A stretch of DNA of 24,713 bases from an uncultured Planctomycetaceae bacterium. Its GTDB lineage: Bacteria; Planctomycetota; Phycisphaerae; SM23-33. A program made the position numbers and the translations under genes. The notes beneath the pieces are model-generated. The model was not told where the DNA came from. It did not search any database and worked only from the letters and a program-made list of their open reading frames with translations. The DNA lies in assembly GCA_964401385.1 (NCBI GenBank), contig CAYNYF010000064.1, positions 1-24,713 of the forward strand, given 5' to 3'. Below are positions 1 through 7,859 of the stretch, piece after piece (position 1 is the stretch's first letter; every line of letters starts with the position of its first letter).

Positions 1-808
1 TGCTCAGCACCTGCGGCTCGATGATCTTCTGCTCGACCATCGCCACCGTGCCGTATTCCTGGATGATCCGCGGGGCGTCCTTGGGGAAGATGCCCCAGAC
101 GACGGTGAAGTCCAGGTACATCTGCTTGCCGTCGGCCAGCGGGAACGACACGCCCGTGCCTTCCTCGATCTGGCGGACCTGGCGAGCCTTTCCGTCGCTG
201 TCCTTGACGGTCACCATCCTGCCCTTGGTGTGGACCTCCCACACGCTGTATCCGATCTCGACGCTGTCGACGCGTTTCTCGCGGGGGTTGATGTTGTAGT
301 AGCCAGCCTGGAGCACGTCGGGCAGGATGCCCTTCTCCCGTCCCTCTCGCAGGGTCTGCACACCGACGTAGCCCGGCTCGATGATGGTGGCCTGGACGAT
401 CTGGACGACCCGCCCGAACTCGTTGATCCGCCAGACGCCGGGAGTGAGCACCTGCTTCTGCGTGCCCTTCTCATCGGGCCCGGCGATGAACCGCTCCGGC
501 GGCAGGGCTTTGCCGATGTTGCTCTTCACCAGCCCGATCTGCCCGGGCCGGATCTCCACGTCGCCGACCTGCTTGGCGGTGAAGGTCCAGGGATTGAGGA
601 AGTGCCGCCCCGGGCCGCGCATCTGCTTCAGAACGCCCTGCTGGCCCTCGGCGGCGTATTGCTCGCCCGCCGACTCGCCGGTCTTGCGCGTCAGTTGCAG
701 CGATGTGCCGTGAGGGCACCAGTGATAGAGCATGGCCAGCCAGATCGCCCCCACGACCGCCACCAGCACCACCGCGCCGAGGATCGAGGAGAGGATTTTC
801 GGCATCAT
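1..808 (-). CDS. SPFH/band-7 (stomatin/prohibitin/flotillin-like) domain membrane protein, N-terminal part (runs off left edge)
   Basis: Hand translation of the minus strand from ATG at 808 gives 'MMPKILSSILGAVVLVAVVGAIWLAM...RHFLNPWTFTAKQVGDVEIRPGQIGLVKSN...KGILPDVLQAGYYNINP...'. It has an N-terminal TM helix and is clearly paralogous to the downstream 867..2552 gene (RHFRNPWTWY / KGILLEPIKPGRYYLNVW). An SD-like 'AAAGGA' lies 8 nt upstream (cgaaaggacccgatcATG). It is missing from the ORF track because no stop falls inside the window. Confidence 0.7.
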   Translation of the reverse strand, partial: MMPKILSSILGAVVLVAVVGAIWLAMLYHWCPHGTSLQLTRKTGESAGEQYAAEGQQGVLKQMRGPGRHFLNPWTFTAKQVGDVEIRPGQIGLVKSNIGKALPPERFIAGPDEKGTQKQVLTPGVWRINEFGRVVQIVQATIIEPGYVGVQTLREGREKGILPDVLQAGYYNINPREKRVDSVEIGYSVWEVHTKGRMVTVKDSDGKARQVRQIEEGTGVSFPLADGKQMYLDFTVVWGIFPKDAPRIIQEYGTVAMVEQKIIEPQVLS

Positions 809-866
809 GATCGGGTCCTTTCGAAACTCGCCTTCGGTTCGTTCATCTCCGCGGCCAACGCCGCGC

Positions 867-2552
867 TCAGTTCTTCTCGCCTTCCGACGAGCGGATCCTT
901 GCGAACCGGTTGAACAGGTCCGCAAACAGGCCCTCGGTGTTGGACCAGATCCGCCGCACGCCGGGGGAGAACTTCATAATCAGTTGGTACTCGGCGTACT
1001 TCTCGCCGGTCTTGAAGGCGGAGATCTTTGCCTTGACGGCCTCGGCCTCGGCCTTGTGCTTCATCACCGTCACGTCGGCTTGGGCGATGCCGGTGGCGAT
1101 GACCTGGGCGGCCTTGTCCTTGGCGGCCTCCAGGTTGATCTTCGCCACGGCGAAGTCGCGTTCGGCCTTGGTGACCTCGACGCCCCGGTATCGCTCCGCG
1201 TCGCGGACGAGCTCGGCAATGGTGCCCCGGACCTCGCCAAACTTGCTCTCGCGGTCCTTTCGGCGCTCCTGGATGACCTTGGCCAGCCGGCCTCCCTTGC
1301 GCAGCGGCTCGCCGTCGGGGCCTAGCTTGGCATTGCCCCCGACCATCACGACGTTGCCGCGTTCGTCGAGGACGGGCTTTCCGTCCGGGCCGAGCTCGGG
1401 CCCGGCGCCTACCATGACCACGTTGCCGATTTGCATCTCGATTTCCTTGGTGAACTGGTCGATCTCCCGACGGGCGATCTCGCGGCGCTCGTACTGCTCG
1501 CGGATGCGCTTCGGGGGCTCGGTGGAACGGATGACGAACGCCTTGATCAGGATGCCCTCCTGCGCGCAGGCGTCTCGCAGGCGGCGCTCCACCTCGTTCT
1601 GCACCTGGATCCGCGTGTCGCCGGTGATGTAGTCCACCGCCCGGTATTGCCCGCCGACCATCCGGAAGAACGACCGCGCGAAGGGAAGGATGATCTTGCG
1701 CTGCATGTTGTCGATCCCGCCGGATTCCTCCAGGTCCTGCTTGTCCACGTACTTGACGAACACCTCCGGCAGCTTCTTGACGTCCGGGGCCCACTCGGTC
1801 GTGCCCTCCACGCGAATGTCGAAGCCGTACTTGGAGGGAAACCTGATAATGTACTCCTGCCCCATCTCGAACTTCTGCGAGCGGACGTCGATGGGCGTGA
1901 CCTTGTAGACGTAGGGGTTGGAATACTCGGGGAAGGTCCCGGCCGGCAGGAGGAACGGCTGCGTGCCGCGCTCCTGTTTCTTGACCACGAAGACGCTGCT
2001 CTCCGCGGACTCCTTGCCCACCAGGCGGGTCACCACGCCCATGAAGCCCGGCTCGATCTTGACCATGTCGGTCTCTTCCACGTCGTAGGCCCAGACGTTG
2101 AGGTAGTAGCGGCCGGGCTTGATCGGCTCGAGGAGGATGCCCTTCTGCCTGTCGTTTTCCACCACGACCTGCCCGCCCTCCAGCGGCTCGCCGTAGCGGC
2201 GGATCAGCACGCCGACCTTGCCCTTGGGAATGACGGTGGCTTTCATGGGCCTCGGCCAGTACCAGGTCCAGGGGTTGCGGAAGTGTCGGCCTTCCTTGAG
2301 GATTTCAAACTGCGGACCCTTGAACTCCCCCGAGGGCGAGAGGACGTCTTCGTTGGAGATCTCCTTGCCGGTCTTTTTCAGCAGGGGCGCGAACTCGCCC
2401 TTTTCCACCTCGATGCGGCAGAAGAACCAGACGAACACCACCGCCGCGACGACCAGGACGCCCACCGCGATCCCGCCGTACTTGAGCAGGTCGCCTCGGC
2501 GGACGCCGTATTCGTCGCCCGACTGCCTCGGCTGCTGTCGAAGTATGCTCAT
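867..2552 (-). CDS. SPFH/band-7 domain protein, flotillin/YqiK-like with long C-terminal coiled-coil (561 aa)
   Basis: The track ORF 867..2861 was trimmed to the internal ATG at 2552 ('MSILRQQPRQ...'). That start is preceded by 'gaaaggatgcagcg' (AAGGA SD) and followed by a TM helix (GGIAVGVLVVAAVVFVWFF). The SPFH core is present (GEFAPLLKKTGKEI..RHFRNPWTWYWP..KGILLEPIKPGRYYLNVWAYDVEE), as is an Ala/Lys/Glu-rich C-terminal coiled-coil typical of flotillin-like proteins. Confidence 0.85.
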   Translation of the reverse strand: MSILRQQPRQSGDEYGVRRGDLLKYGGIAVGVLVVAAVVFVWFFCRIEVEKGEFAPLLKKTGKEISNEDVLSPSGEFKGPQFEILKEGRHFRNPWTWYWPRPMKATVIPKGKVGVLIRRYGEPLEGGQVVVENDRQKGILLEPIKPGRYYLNVWAYDVEETDMVKIEPGFMGVVTRLVGKESAESSVFVVKKQERGTQPFLLPAGTFPEYSNPYVYKVTPIDVRSQKFEMGQEYIIRFPSKYGFDIRVEGTTEWAPDVKKLPEVFVKYVDKQDLEESGGIDNMQRKIILPFARSFFRMVGGQYRAVDYITGDTRIQVQNEVERRLRDACAQEGILIKAFVIRSTEPPKRIREQYERREIARREIDQFTKEIEMQIGNVVMVGAGPELGPDGKPVLDERGNVVMVGGNAKLGPDGEPLRKGGRLAKVIQERRKDRESKFGEVRGTIAELVRDAERYRGVEVTKAERDFAVAKINLEAAKDKAAQVIATGIAQADVTVMKHKAEAEAVKAKISAFKTGEKYAEYQLIMKFSPGVRRIWSNTEGLFADLFNRFARIRSSEGEKN

Positions 2553-2584
2553 CGCTGCATCCTTTCTCACCCGTTGGCTGTTCG

Positions 2585-3055
2585 TTACTCGCCGGCGGAC
2601 CGCGCGGCCAGTGAGGCCTTGACCTCCGGCACCACCCACACCTGCGTCTCGCCGCGCTGCTCGAGCTTGGCGTAGCCCTTCCGGGCCAGGGCCGTGAAGA
2701 TTCGCTCGGCCGTTCCGATGGTGACGTGCAGCTCGCTGGTCAGGTCGGTAACGGTCAGCTCGCCGCGGCAGTACTTGGCCACTTCGATGGTCTCTTCCAA
2801 CGGCAGGCGTTTGGCCGAGAGCCACAGGCCCGTCCCGGCGGCCACCACCACCAGCCACCACGCCGCGTACTGTCCGCGCACGGGCGTCGGAAAGCTGGTG
2901 GTCATGTCCAGCACGAGCAGGGCCAGGCTACCCCAGAACAGAACGATCCCCGCAAGGCGTTTCCGGCGCCGGCCTTTCCTGAAGTCGATCAGGGAAAAGC
3001 CGCCGCCCCTCGTGACGACCCGTGAGAACCGTCGATTGTCCCACCTCGAGATCAT
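2585..3055 (-). CDS. small membrane protein (2 predicted TM helices) with C-terminal winged-helix-like domain; first gene of the SPFH operon
   Basis: 156-aa ORF in the same orientation, 32 nt upstream of the SPFH gene. Hydrophobic stretches are LAGIVLFWGSLALLVL and AAWWLVVVAAGTGLWL. The C-terminus 'ELTVTDLTSELHVTIGTAERIFTALARKGYAKLEQRGETQVWVV' has a helix-turn-helix-plus-wing pattern. No clear SD; the start is uncertain (3055 or the internal ATG at 2905). Confidence 0.5.
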   Translation of the reverse strand: MISRWDNRRFSRVVTRGGGFSLIDFRKGRRRKRLAGIVLFWGSLALLVLDMTTSFPTPVRGQYAAWWLVVVAAGTGLWLSAKRLPLEETIEVAKYCRGELTVTDLTSELHVTIGTAERIFTALARKGYAKLEQRGETQVWVVPEVKASLAARSAGE

Positions 3056-3147
3056 CTGGATATCAGCTTATCCGCCGCCACCGGCGCCCACAAACAAATT
3101 CTACCCGCCGGCAGCGGGGCTCGGGCCCGCCCCGCCGCGCGCCGGAC

Positions 3148-3291
3148 GCTGAGTCAGGCCGGCGCCTTCATGCGCCAGCGGGCCAGGACCTCCATCCGCA
3201 AGCGCAAGGGCGTCTCGCCGTCGGCGCCATGGAGGCGCCGGAGGGCTGGTACGCGCTGCCCATGCCGGAAGACAAGCCGGTGGAGCATTAG
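3148..3291 (+). repeat. R1: 5'-truncated copy (3148-3229) of the ~250-bp R repeat, fused to a C-terminal-like coding remnant ending with 'PEGWYALPMPEDKPVEH*'
   Basis: 'gctgagtcaggccggcgccttcatgcgccagcgggccaggacctccatccgcaagcgcaagggcgtctcgcc' aligns to R3 8053-8135 and R2 5130-5210. It encodes 'AFMRQRARTSIRKRKGVS'. The downstream piece ends at stop 3289-3291. Confidence 0.6.
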
Positions 3292-3321
3292 CGAATGCGT
3301 GAGACGCTCCACTCAAACCGC

Positions 3322-3780
3322 TCAACAGTCGCGAGGGTCCCATTCAGCATCACGATTGTGTTGACTGCATCGTTGTGGCTTTATCTTGTTCAGCGCTGGC
3401 TCAAGTTCGTCAAAGGCGGCGATCTCCTCGCACCTCGCGCAGCCTCGAGTCTTCCACCACAAGTAAAGCCGCGACGGGTCGATTTTGTTCTCCTGACACC
3501 ACGCTCGGATACGAGGCCCAGCGCAATGGCGCGATCGTCTGTGTTCGGAAAAGAACCCCAGCATATCCGCGATCAGATCACCAACCCGGATGCGGAACCG
3601 GTTCTGTTTCTTCCGCCCGCCGACGTAGAGGACATTCGGCAGTCCACCCACTTCCTCTTGTTTATATTCTTTGGTGAGTGTCAAGACATAGACCGTGCCA
3701 TTATCGGGAGGCAATTCCACAGCGTCACCAAGCGTGTGGGACAGGAGGTAATCGATTCGGTAAGGCCCATGCCACGGCAT
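3322..3780 (-). CDS. hypothetical 152-aa protein on a low-GC island; weak GIY-YIG-like signature and C-terminal Cys cluster (possible small nuclease)
   Basis: Minus-strand ORF with an internal ATG at 3780 preceded by 'CAGGAGAAACGAC' (AGGAGA SD 7 nt upstream). GC is about 50-52% against about 68% in the flanks. 'GTVYVLTLTKEYKQEEVGGLPNVLYVGGRKKQNRFRIRVGDLI' resembles GIY-(Xn)-YIG-R with a longer-than-usual spacer. Cys-rich tail (C-X8-C ... C-X2-C). The opposite-strand 281-aa ORF 3295..4140 has a poor, S/R/P-rich composition and was rejected. Confidence 0.45.
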   Translation of the reverse strand: MPWHGPYRIDYLLSHTLGDAVELPPDNGTVYVLTLTKEYKQEEVGGLPNVLYVGGRKKQNRFRIRVGDLIADMLGFFSEHRRSRHCAGPRIRAWCQENKIDPSRLYLWWKTRGCARCEEIAAFDELEPALNKIKPQRCSQHNRDAEWDPRDC

Positions 3781-4095
3781 GTCGTTTCTCCTGATTCGCG
3801 GCTCAGTCTCAGACATGAGCATATCTGGCAGACAAGCGGAGGCAAGCCAAAAGTGGCCAGCGCAAGAGGCATCCGGGGCAGCCGGGCGTTCGTCGAGTTG
3901 TTCGCCCTTCAACGGGCTCAGGACAAGGCCCACGACAAAAACCTGCCTGCGGGCAGGCAGGGCTCGTGCGCGCACTGCGGCGTGCGGACGATCTACGTCC
4001 CGGGCGGAGAGGCCGTCCCCCTGCGGGAAACATTCAAGGGCGTGAAGGTCTGGGTCCTGGACGCTTCCGGGCAGCCGGTCCCCGGCCGGATGGAC

Positions 4096-4140
4096 CTGCC
4101 GGAGGGCTGGTACGCCCTGCCGCTGGAGAGACAGGATTGA
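4096..4140 (+). repeat. second copy of the 'PEGWYALP'-encoding C-terminal remnant ('...GRMDLPEGWYALPLERQD*')
   Basis: 'ctgccggagggctggtacgccctgccg' matches 'gcgccggagggctggtacgcgctgccc' at 3234-3260. Both are followed within 10 codons by a stop. Confidence 0.4.
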
Positions 4141-4164
4141 TCCGGCAGGGCTTGCCTGAACCCC

Positions 4165-4395
4165 TCAGCCCCTGTCCTCCCGATACTGGAATACCTCTTC
4201 AACGGAGCGGCCAAACGTCCGGGCGATGCGAAATGCCAATGCCAACGACGGAACGTATCCGCCGGCTTCCAGAGCAATGATCGTCTGGCGTGTAACGCCG
4301 ACTTTCTTCCCAAGCTCTGCCTGGGTCATTTCGCCATGGTCGAAGCGGAGCCGTCGAACCTGATTTGTCAGACGGTGGCGATCATCCCTGGCCAT
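4165..4395 (-). CDS. XRE-family (Cro/CI-type) helix-turn-helix transcriptional regulator, 76 aa
   Basis: '[69 protein letters not shown]' is a canonical HTH_XRE (Q-x-x-L-x-x-x-x-G-V-x-x-x-T-I-x-x-x-E). The start was trimmed from 4446 to 4395. It overlaps the upstream membrane gene's stop by 14 nt. Confidence 0.75.
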   Translation of the reverse strand: MARDDRHRLTNQVRRLRFDHGEMTQAELGKKVGVTRQTIIALEAGGYVPSLALAFRIARTFGRSVEEVFQYREDRG

Positions 4396-4825
4396 GGGAT
4401 AGCTCCCGCCTGCGAATGCACCAGATCGCCGCCGTTCGGACAGCACTCATGATGCCGAGGCCAAGACACAGAGCGGGAAGGAGCCAGTTGGCGCTGAACG
4501 AGATGGTCTTCTCGCCTTGTGCCGTGGCGATCGCCCAGGGAACGGCGCAGGTCAGCGTCCACAGGATCACGAGAGCGAGAGCGCCTGCGTTGTCGCCGCG
4601 AGCCCGTATCGATTCCTCGCGCTCGTCCGTGGTCGGGCCGTCTCCGTACCGCCTCCTTCTCCAGGTCAGTGCAAGGGCCCCGGCCGCGACAGGAAGGCAT
4701 CCGAGAGCAAGCAATAACACCCCCAGCAAAGCGCTGTGCTGGAGTTGGAAGACGCCCAGAGCCATGACGAAGACTCCGAGCCCGGTCAGTCCCAAGAGTC
4801 CGATCCACGATCCATCCTTTAGCAT
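4382..4825 (-). CDS. small integral membrane protein (about 4 TM helices), co-transcribed upstream of the XRE regulator
   Basis: The track ORF 4382..5236 was trimmed to ATG 4825 ('[60 protein letters not shown]...[18 protein letters not shown]...[27 protein letters not shown]'). An XRE plus small membrane protein pair is a recurrent architecture. Confidence 0.6.
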   Translation of the reverse strand: MLKDGSWIGLLGLTGLGVFVMALGVFQLQHSALLGVLLLALGCLPVAAGALALTWRRRRYGDGPTTDEREESIRARGDNAGALALVILWTLTCAVPWAIATAQGEKTISFSANWLLPALCLGLGIMSAVRTAAIWCIRRRELSHGQG

Positions 4826-4890
4826 TGCTCGCCACACGGGATTTCCTTTCCGGCTGTAGTCGCAGTTGCACGTCAAGGTAACAGAACATG

Positions 4891-4918
4891 ATGTTATCAA
4901 AGAAGGACTAGATGTCAA
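4891..4918 (-). promoter_or_regulatory. sigma70-like promoter for the membrane-protein/XRE operon (-35 TTGACA, 16-nt spacer, -10 TAACAT) with an 11-bp palindrome 'AACATcATGTT' overlapping the -10
   Basis: Minus-strand reading 'ttgcTTGACAtctagtccttctttgaTAACATcatgtt' lies in an AT-rich (about 42% GC) 170-bp island. The palindrome is at 4885-4895 on plus-strand coordinates and is a candidate operator for the XRE protein. Confidence 0.35.
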
Positions 4919-5024
4919 GCAAATTTTACACAAACTCGGCGAATTCTCGTTGAGGACTTCCTCACACGGCATCCGACCCGGCCAGGCCTTCGTCGGGCTG
5001 TTCGGGCACGTCAGGCAGCTCGGG

Positions 5025-5277
5025 CACGGGCCCAGGGAGAGGATGAAGTCATGATCGAAATGCAGATGAAGGCGCTGTTTTTCGACTCGCCCCGCGTTCT
5101 GCGGGCGATGGACGCCGCCACGCGCCGAGAGATGTCCTGGGTCGGGGCGTTCATCCGCCAGCGGGCCAGGACTTCCACCCGCAAGCGCAAGGGCATCTTT
5201 CGTCCCGGCGGCCCGCCGCACTCCCGCGCGGGGCATCTGCGGCGGCTGAGGGGCACGGGCGGGCCTGGCGGCCGTGC
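5025..5277 (+). repeat. R2: full-length copy of the ~250-bp R repeat with SD+ATG and N-terminal coding-like sequence 'MIEMQMKALFFDSPRVLRAMDAATRREMSWVGAFIRQRARTSTRKRKG...'
   Basis: About 88-90% identical by eye to 7947-8207 (R3), with small indels that shift the downstream reading frame. 'gggagaggatgaagtcATG' with ATG at 5051. The track ORF 5051..5413 (120 aa) starts here. Confidence 0.7.
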
Positions 5278-5482
5278 CCGCATGCGGGAGGCTTGGAGCG
5301 CCACTTGGTCCTTCCGAACTATCACAGTAGTCCGCGTGGCCATCTGCTCAATCACCGGCTCTCCTGGCTGGATACTCAACAAAGCAGCTTCGTTCGCTGG
5401 CGCACTTTCCTGATTGACGTTAGTGTAGGCCTACCCTGAGCAGTGGGTATCAGGCAGCAGGCTCTGTTGCACTGTCGCTCAA

Positions 5483-6883
5483 CTATTCCGACATCAGGCC
5501 CTTGATCACGTTGTCGGGCCAGTCCTTGCTGATGCACTGGTGCTTGCCGTCGAGGCCGTACAGCACGACCTCCGGCCGCTTGGGCGAGCCGAGGGGTGAA
5601 CCCGGCGGCACCATCACGCATAGCTCCCGCGCCGAGCGCCAACTCGCCGGGGGTGCGGGCATGTATCTGTTCTCCGGGAGCCACCCCTTCTCGACAGGGC
5701 TCTGCGTCCGTCCGGTTTTCAACTCGACGATGCCGACCTCTCCTTTCTCTCCGGGCACACTGACCCACTGCGCGTCGGGGCTGAGGCGGAACATAAGCAC
5801 CAAGCTCGGCAGCGTCTTGTACGCCAAATCCGGCAGCAGCTTGGAGACGACGGCGGCGTTGCCGGGGTGGATGACGAACAAGGTAAAGTTTGTCGGCAAC
5901 GTGCCTGCCGTCGCCGGCAGCTCAACGCGCACGGAGCTGAATATGATCCGCCCGTCCGGAAGCCACCGTAGTCGGGCAAAGGGCGAAAAGAGAACGGCGG
6001 CGACTTCCTCGGTTTGGCCGGGCGGTCCGATAAGCTCACCGGCCTCCGATGCCACCCTACGCTTCACGATACTGCCCGTGTTGAGGTCCTTGCCTCGGCC
6101 GACGGCTGTGTAATACAGCAACGACCGACTGTCGGGCGACCAGTCGAACTGCCAACTGACCTCGGTCTCCAGAAGCTGCGAGCCCGTCTTGGCCTGCCCT
6201 TGTGAAAGCTGCCTCACGTGCAGCCGAGCGCCAGTGGACGATACGTCAGACCCCCCCTCCTTTGTGAGCGACTGGGTCGTGAAGGCCAGCAGCTTGCCAT
6301 CCGGGCTGGCGGAGACGTGGAGAATCCCTCCCGGGTACTCCAGGACCTCCTGGTCGGCCTTGGCCTGGCCGTTCTCGACGTGTGCCATGATGATCCGCGA
6401 GCCCTCGACCTTGGCACCCCCGAACTCCCGCCAGAGCTCGCCCAGCTTGGGCTTGAGCTCCTCGGCGTGCTTGGTCGCCAGGTACATCTTCATCATCCCC
6501 AGCGTGCTGGACGAGAGACCTTGAGTGCTGGCCATCCGGCCGAGGTCCTTTTCGGAAGAGCGAATGATCTCCGACCGGAAACGCTCGGCTAGCACGATGA
6601 CCTCCTGCTCCGTTTCAGGCGGCAGGGCCCGTTCCACCCGGTCCCATTTGGCCATGTCCGTGCTATCCACGGCCAGGAAACGCTTGGAGTCGCCAAACCA
6701 GGAAACGAAAGCGACACGTGATTCCTTCAGGCGGTTCAGCTTTCCTTTGGCGTCTGTGACATACAAGCCATCGGCCAGTACCAAAGCCTGCTGCCCGTCG
6801 GGCGACCAGCAGATTTTCTCCGGCAGGCAGCCGCCGCAGTTCAAGCCCAGTATTCCCAGTAATGCGAACAGATACGATTTCAT
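5483..6883 (-). CDS. secreted/lipoprotein-like beta-propeller protein (TolB/PD40-WD40-like repeats), 466 aa
   Basis: Signal peptide 'MKSYLFALLGILGLNCGGC'. Repeated 'SPDG' propeller motifs (WSPDGQQAL, SASPDGKLLAF, WSPDSRSLLYY, WLPDGRIIF, LSPDAQWV). 'gggagatagaa' SD before ATG 6883. The start overlaps the anti-sigma stop (ATGA). The 5' end is lower in GC. Confidence 0.8.
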   Translation of the reverse strand: MKSYLFALLGILGLNCGGCLPEKICWSPDGQQALVLADGLYVTDAKGKLNRLKESRVAFVSWFGDSKRFLAVDSTDMAKWDRVERALPPETEQEVIVLAERFRSEIIRSSEKDLGRMASTQGLSSSTLGMMKMYLATKHAEELKPKLGELWREFGGAKVEGSRIIMAHVENGQAKADQEVLEYPGGILHVSASPDGKLLAFTTQSLTKEGGSDVSSTGARLHVRQLSQGQAKTGSQLLETEVSWQFDWSPDSRSLLYYTAVGRGKDLNTGSIVKRRVASEAGELIGPPGQTEEVAAVLFSPFARLRWLPDGRIIFSSVRVELPATAGTLPTNFTLFVIHPGNAAVVSKLLPDLAYKTLPSLVLMFRLSPDAQWVSVPGEKGEVGIVELKTGRTQSPVEKGWLPENRYMPAPPASWRSARELCVMVPPGSPLGSPKRPEVVLYGLDGKHQCISKDWPDNVIKGLMSE

Positions 6884-7383
6884 TGTTCTATCTCCCGAAC
6901 CTGCATTTCAGAGGGCGAGTGCCAGTTGACAAGCGGCTTGCGCCGATCCTGAGTGGCCTTGGTTGTATCAATGAATGCCTGAAGGCTCCACAGCTCCGAC
7001 GTCCTCATGGCCGGCGTGGGCGCGGGCACGACGACGACAGACGGTTCCGGCGCGGGCAATTGCCGTTCGCGTGGAAACAGCCAGCGAGCAGACAGCCCCA
7101 CCAGCAGGCAGCCTGCCATGGCGATCGCCATGACAGCGGCCCGCCATCGTGATCGCTGACGCGGCCGTGCAGCCAGCGGCGGCAACTCCAGCCCCGCCGA
7201 CACGCTCCGCCTCTTCATCGCCTCGTGCGCCTGGGCAGCGGTCGTGAGGAGCTCCGACTGACGCGAGTTCCGTCCGGCATCCTCGGCCACAACGGCTGCT
7301 AGCAACGCCTCGACGTCTTCGGATAGCTGGCCTAGCGCCCGATCCAACATCAGTCGCTCAAGCAGGTGGGGCTCGACATTCAT
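6880..7383 (-). CDS. anti-sigma factor (single TM helix), 167 aa
   Basis: N-terminal 'MNVEPHLLERLMLDRALGQLSEDVEALLAAVVAED' is typical of an anti-sigma N-domain. TM helix 'WRAAVMAIAMAGCLLVGLSARWLF'. ATGA overlap with the upstream ECF sigma stop. Position is between the ECF sigma and a periplasmic protein. Confidence 0.7.
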   Translation of the reverse strand: MNVEPHLLERLMLDRALGQLSEDVEALLAAVVAEDAGRNSRQSELLTTAAQAHEAMKRRSVSAGLELPPLAARPRQRSRWRAAVMAIAMAGCLLVGLSARWLFPRERQLPAPEPSVVVVPAPTPAMRTSELWSLQAFIDTTKATQDRRKPLVNWHSPSEMQVREIEQ

Positions 7384-7859
7384 CTTTGATTCTCCTGTCC
7401 TCCCAACTGCTCCCGCAGTGTCCGGACGGCGTTGTGCAGGCGAGAGCGGACCGTCCCCAGCGGGATGCCCAAGACGAACGCGATTTCCTGGTACGATAGT
7501 TCGTGCTCGAGCCGCAGGTCCAGTGCTTCGCGCAACTCTGGCCCAAGCCGCCTAATGGCCCGAAGCATCATCTGAATTCGCTCATCCGGCTCCGAAGAAG
7601 CAGGAGTGGCCGGGAAGTCATCCTGGAGGGGAAGCGGGCGAGACCGTCGGTGCGACTTTGCCGCCAGGTGCCGCGCCACGGCATACAGCCACGCGCGCGG
7701 ACTCTGGAGGTGGCTCTGGCTGGCCTGCTCCACCAGGGCCCGAAATGTCTCCTGCACGATGTCCATCGCCCCATGCCGATCGCCCACCAGCCGGCGAACG
7801 TACGCTGCCAGTCGAGGTGCTTCCAATCTGTACAACGCCGCTATCTCAGTCGAGTCCAT
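7380..7859 (-). CDS. ECF (sigma-70 family group IV) RNA polymerase sigma factor
   Basis: Region 2 'DIVQETFRALVEQASQ...SPRAWLYAVARHLA' and region 4 'LRLEHELSYQEIAFVLGIPLGTVRSRLHNAVRTLREQL'. The start was trimmed to ATG 7859 (MDSTEIAALYRLEAPRLAAYVRRLVGD); 7895 is the alternative. Confidence 0.85.
   Translation of the reverse strand: MDSTEIAALYRLEAPRLAAYVRRLVGDRHGAMDIVQETFRALVEQASQSHLQSPRAWLYAVARHLAAKSHRRSRPLPLQDDFPATPASSEPDERIQMMLRAIRRLGPELREALDLRLEHELSYQEIAFVLGIPLGTVRSRLHNAVRTLREQLGGQENQR

Noticed and set aside
805-2675. Long ORFs 805..1794(-) and 1431..2675(+) overlapping the SPFH gene in other frames
   Set aside because: Their Arg/Gly/Pro/Ala-rich, low-complexity translations are typical of out-of-frame readings of 70% GC DNA. 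The SPFH frame has clear domain content and an SD.
3295-4140. 281-aa + strand ORF overlapping the low-GC region
   Set aside because: S/R/P-rich composition and no SD. The minus-strand 152-aa frame has an AGGAGA SD and a more protein-like sequence. Only its last 15 codons (PEGWYALP remnant) look like genuine old coding sequence.
5278-5482. 10-bp palindrome 'GTAGGCCTAC' and surrounding lower-GC 3' region as a possible small gene or terminator
   Set aside because: The palindrome has no loop and no T-tract, and no ORF has an SD. This is most likely the 3' UTR of the beta-propeller gene.
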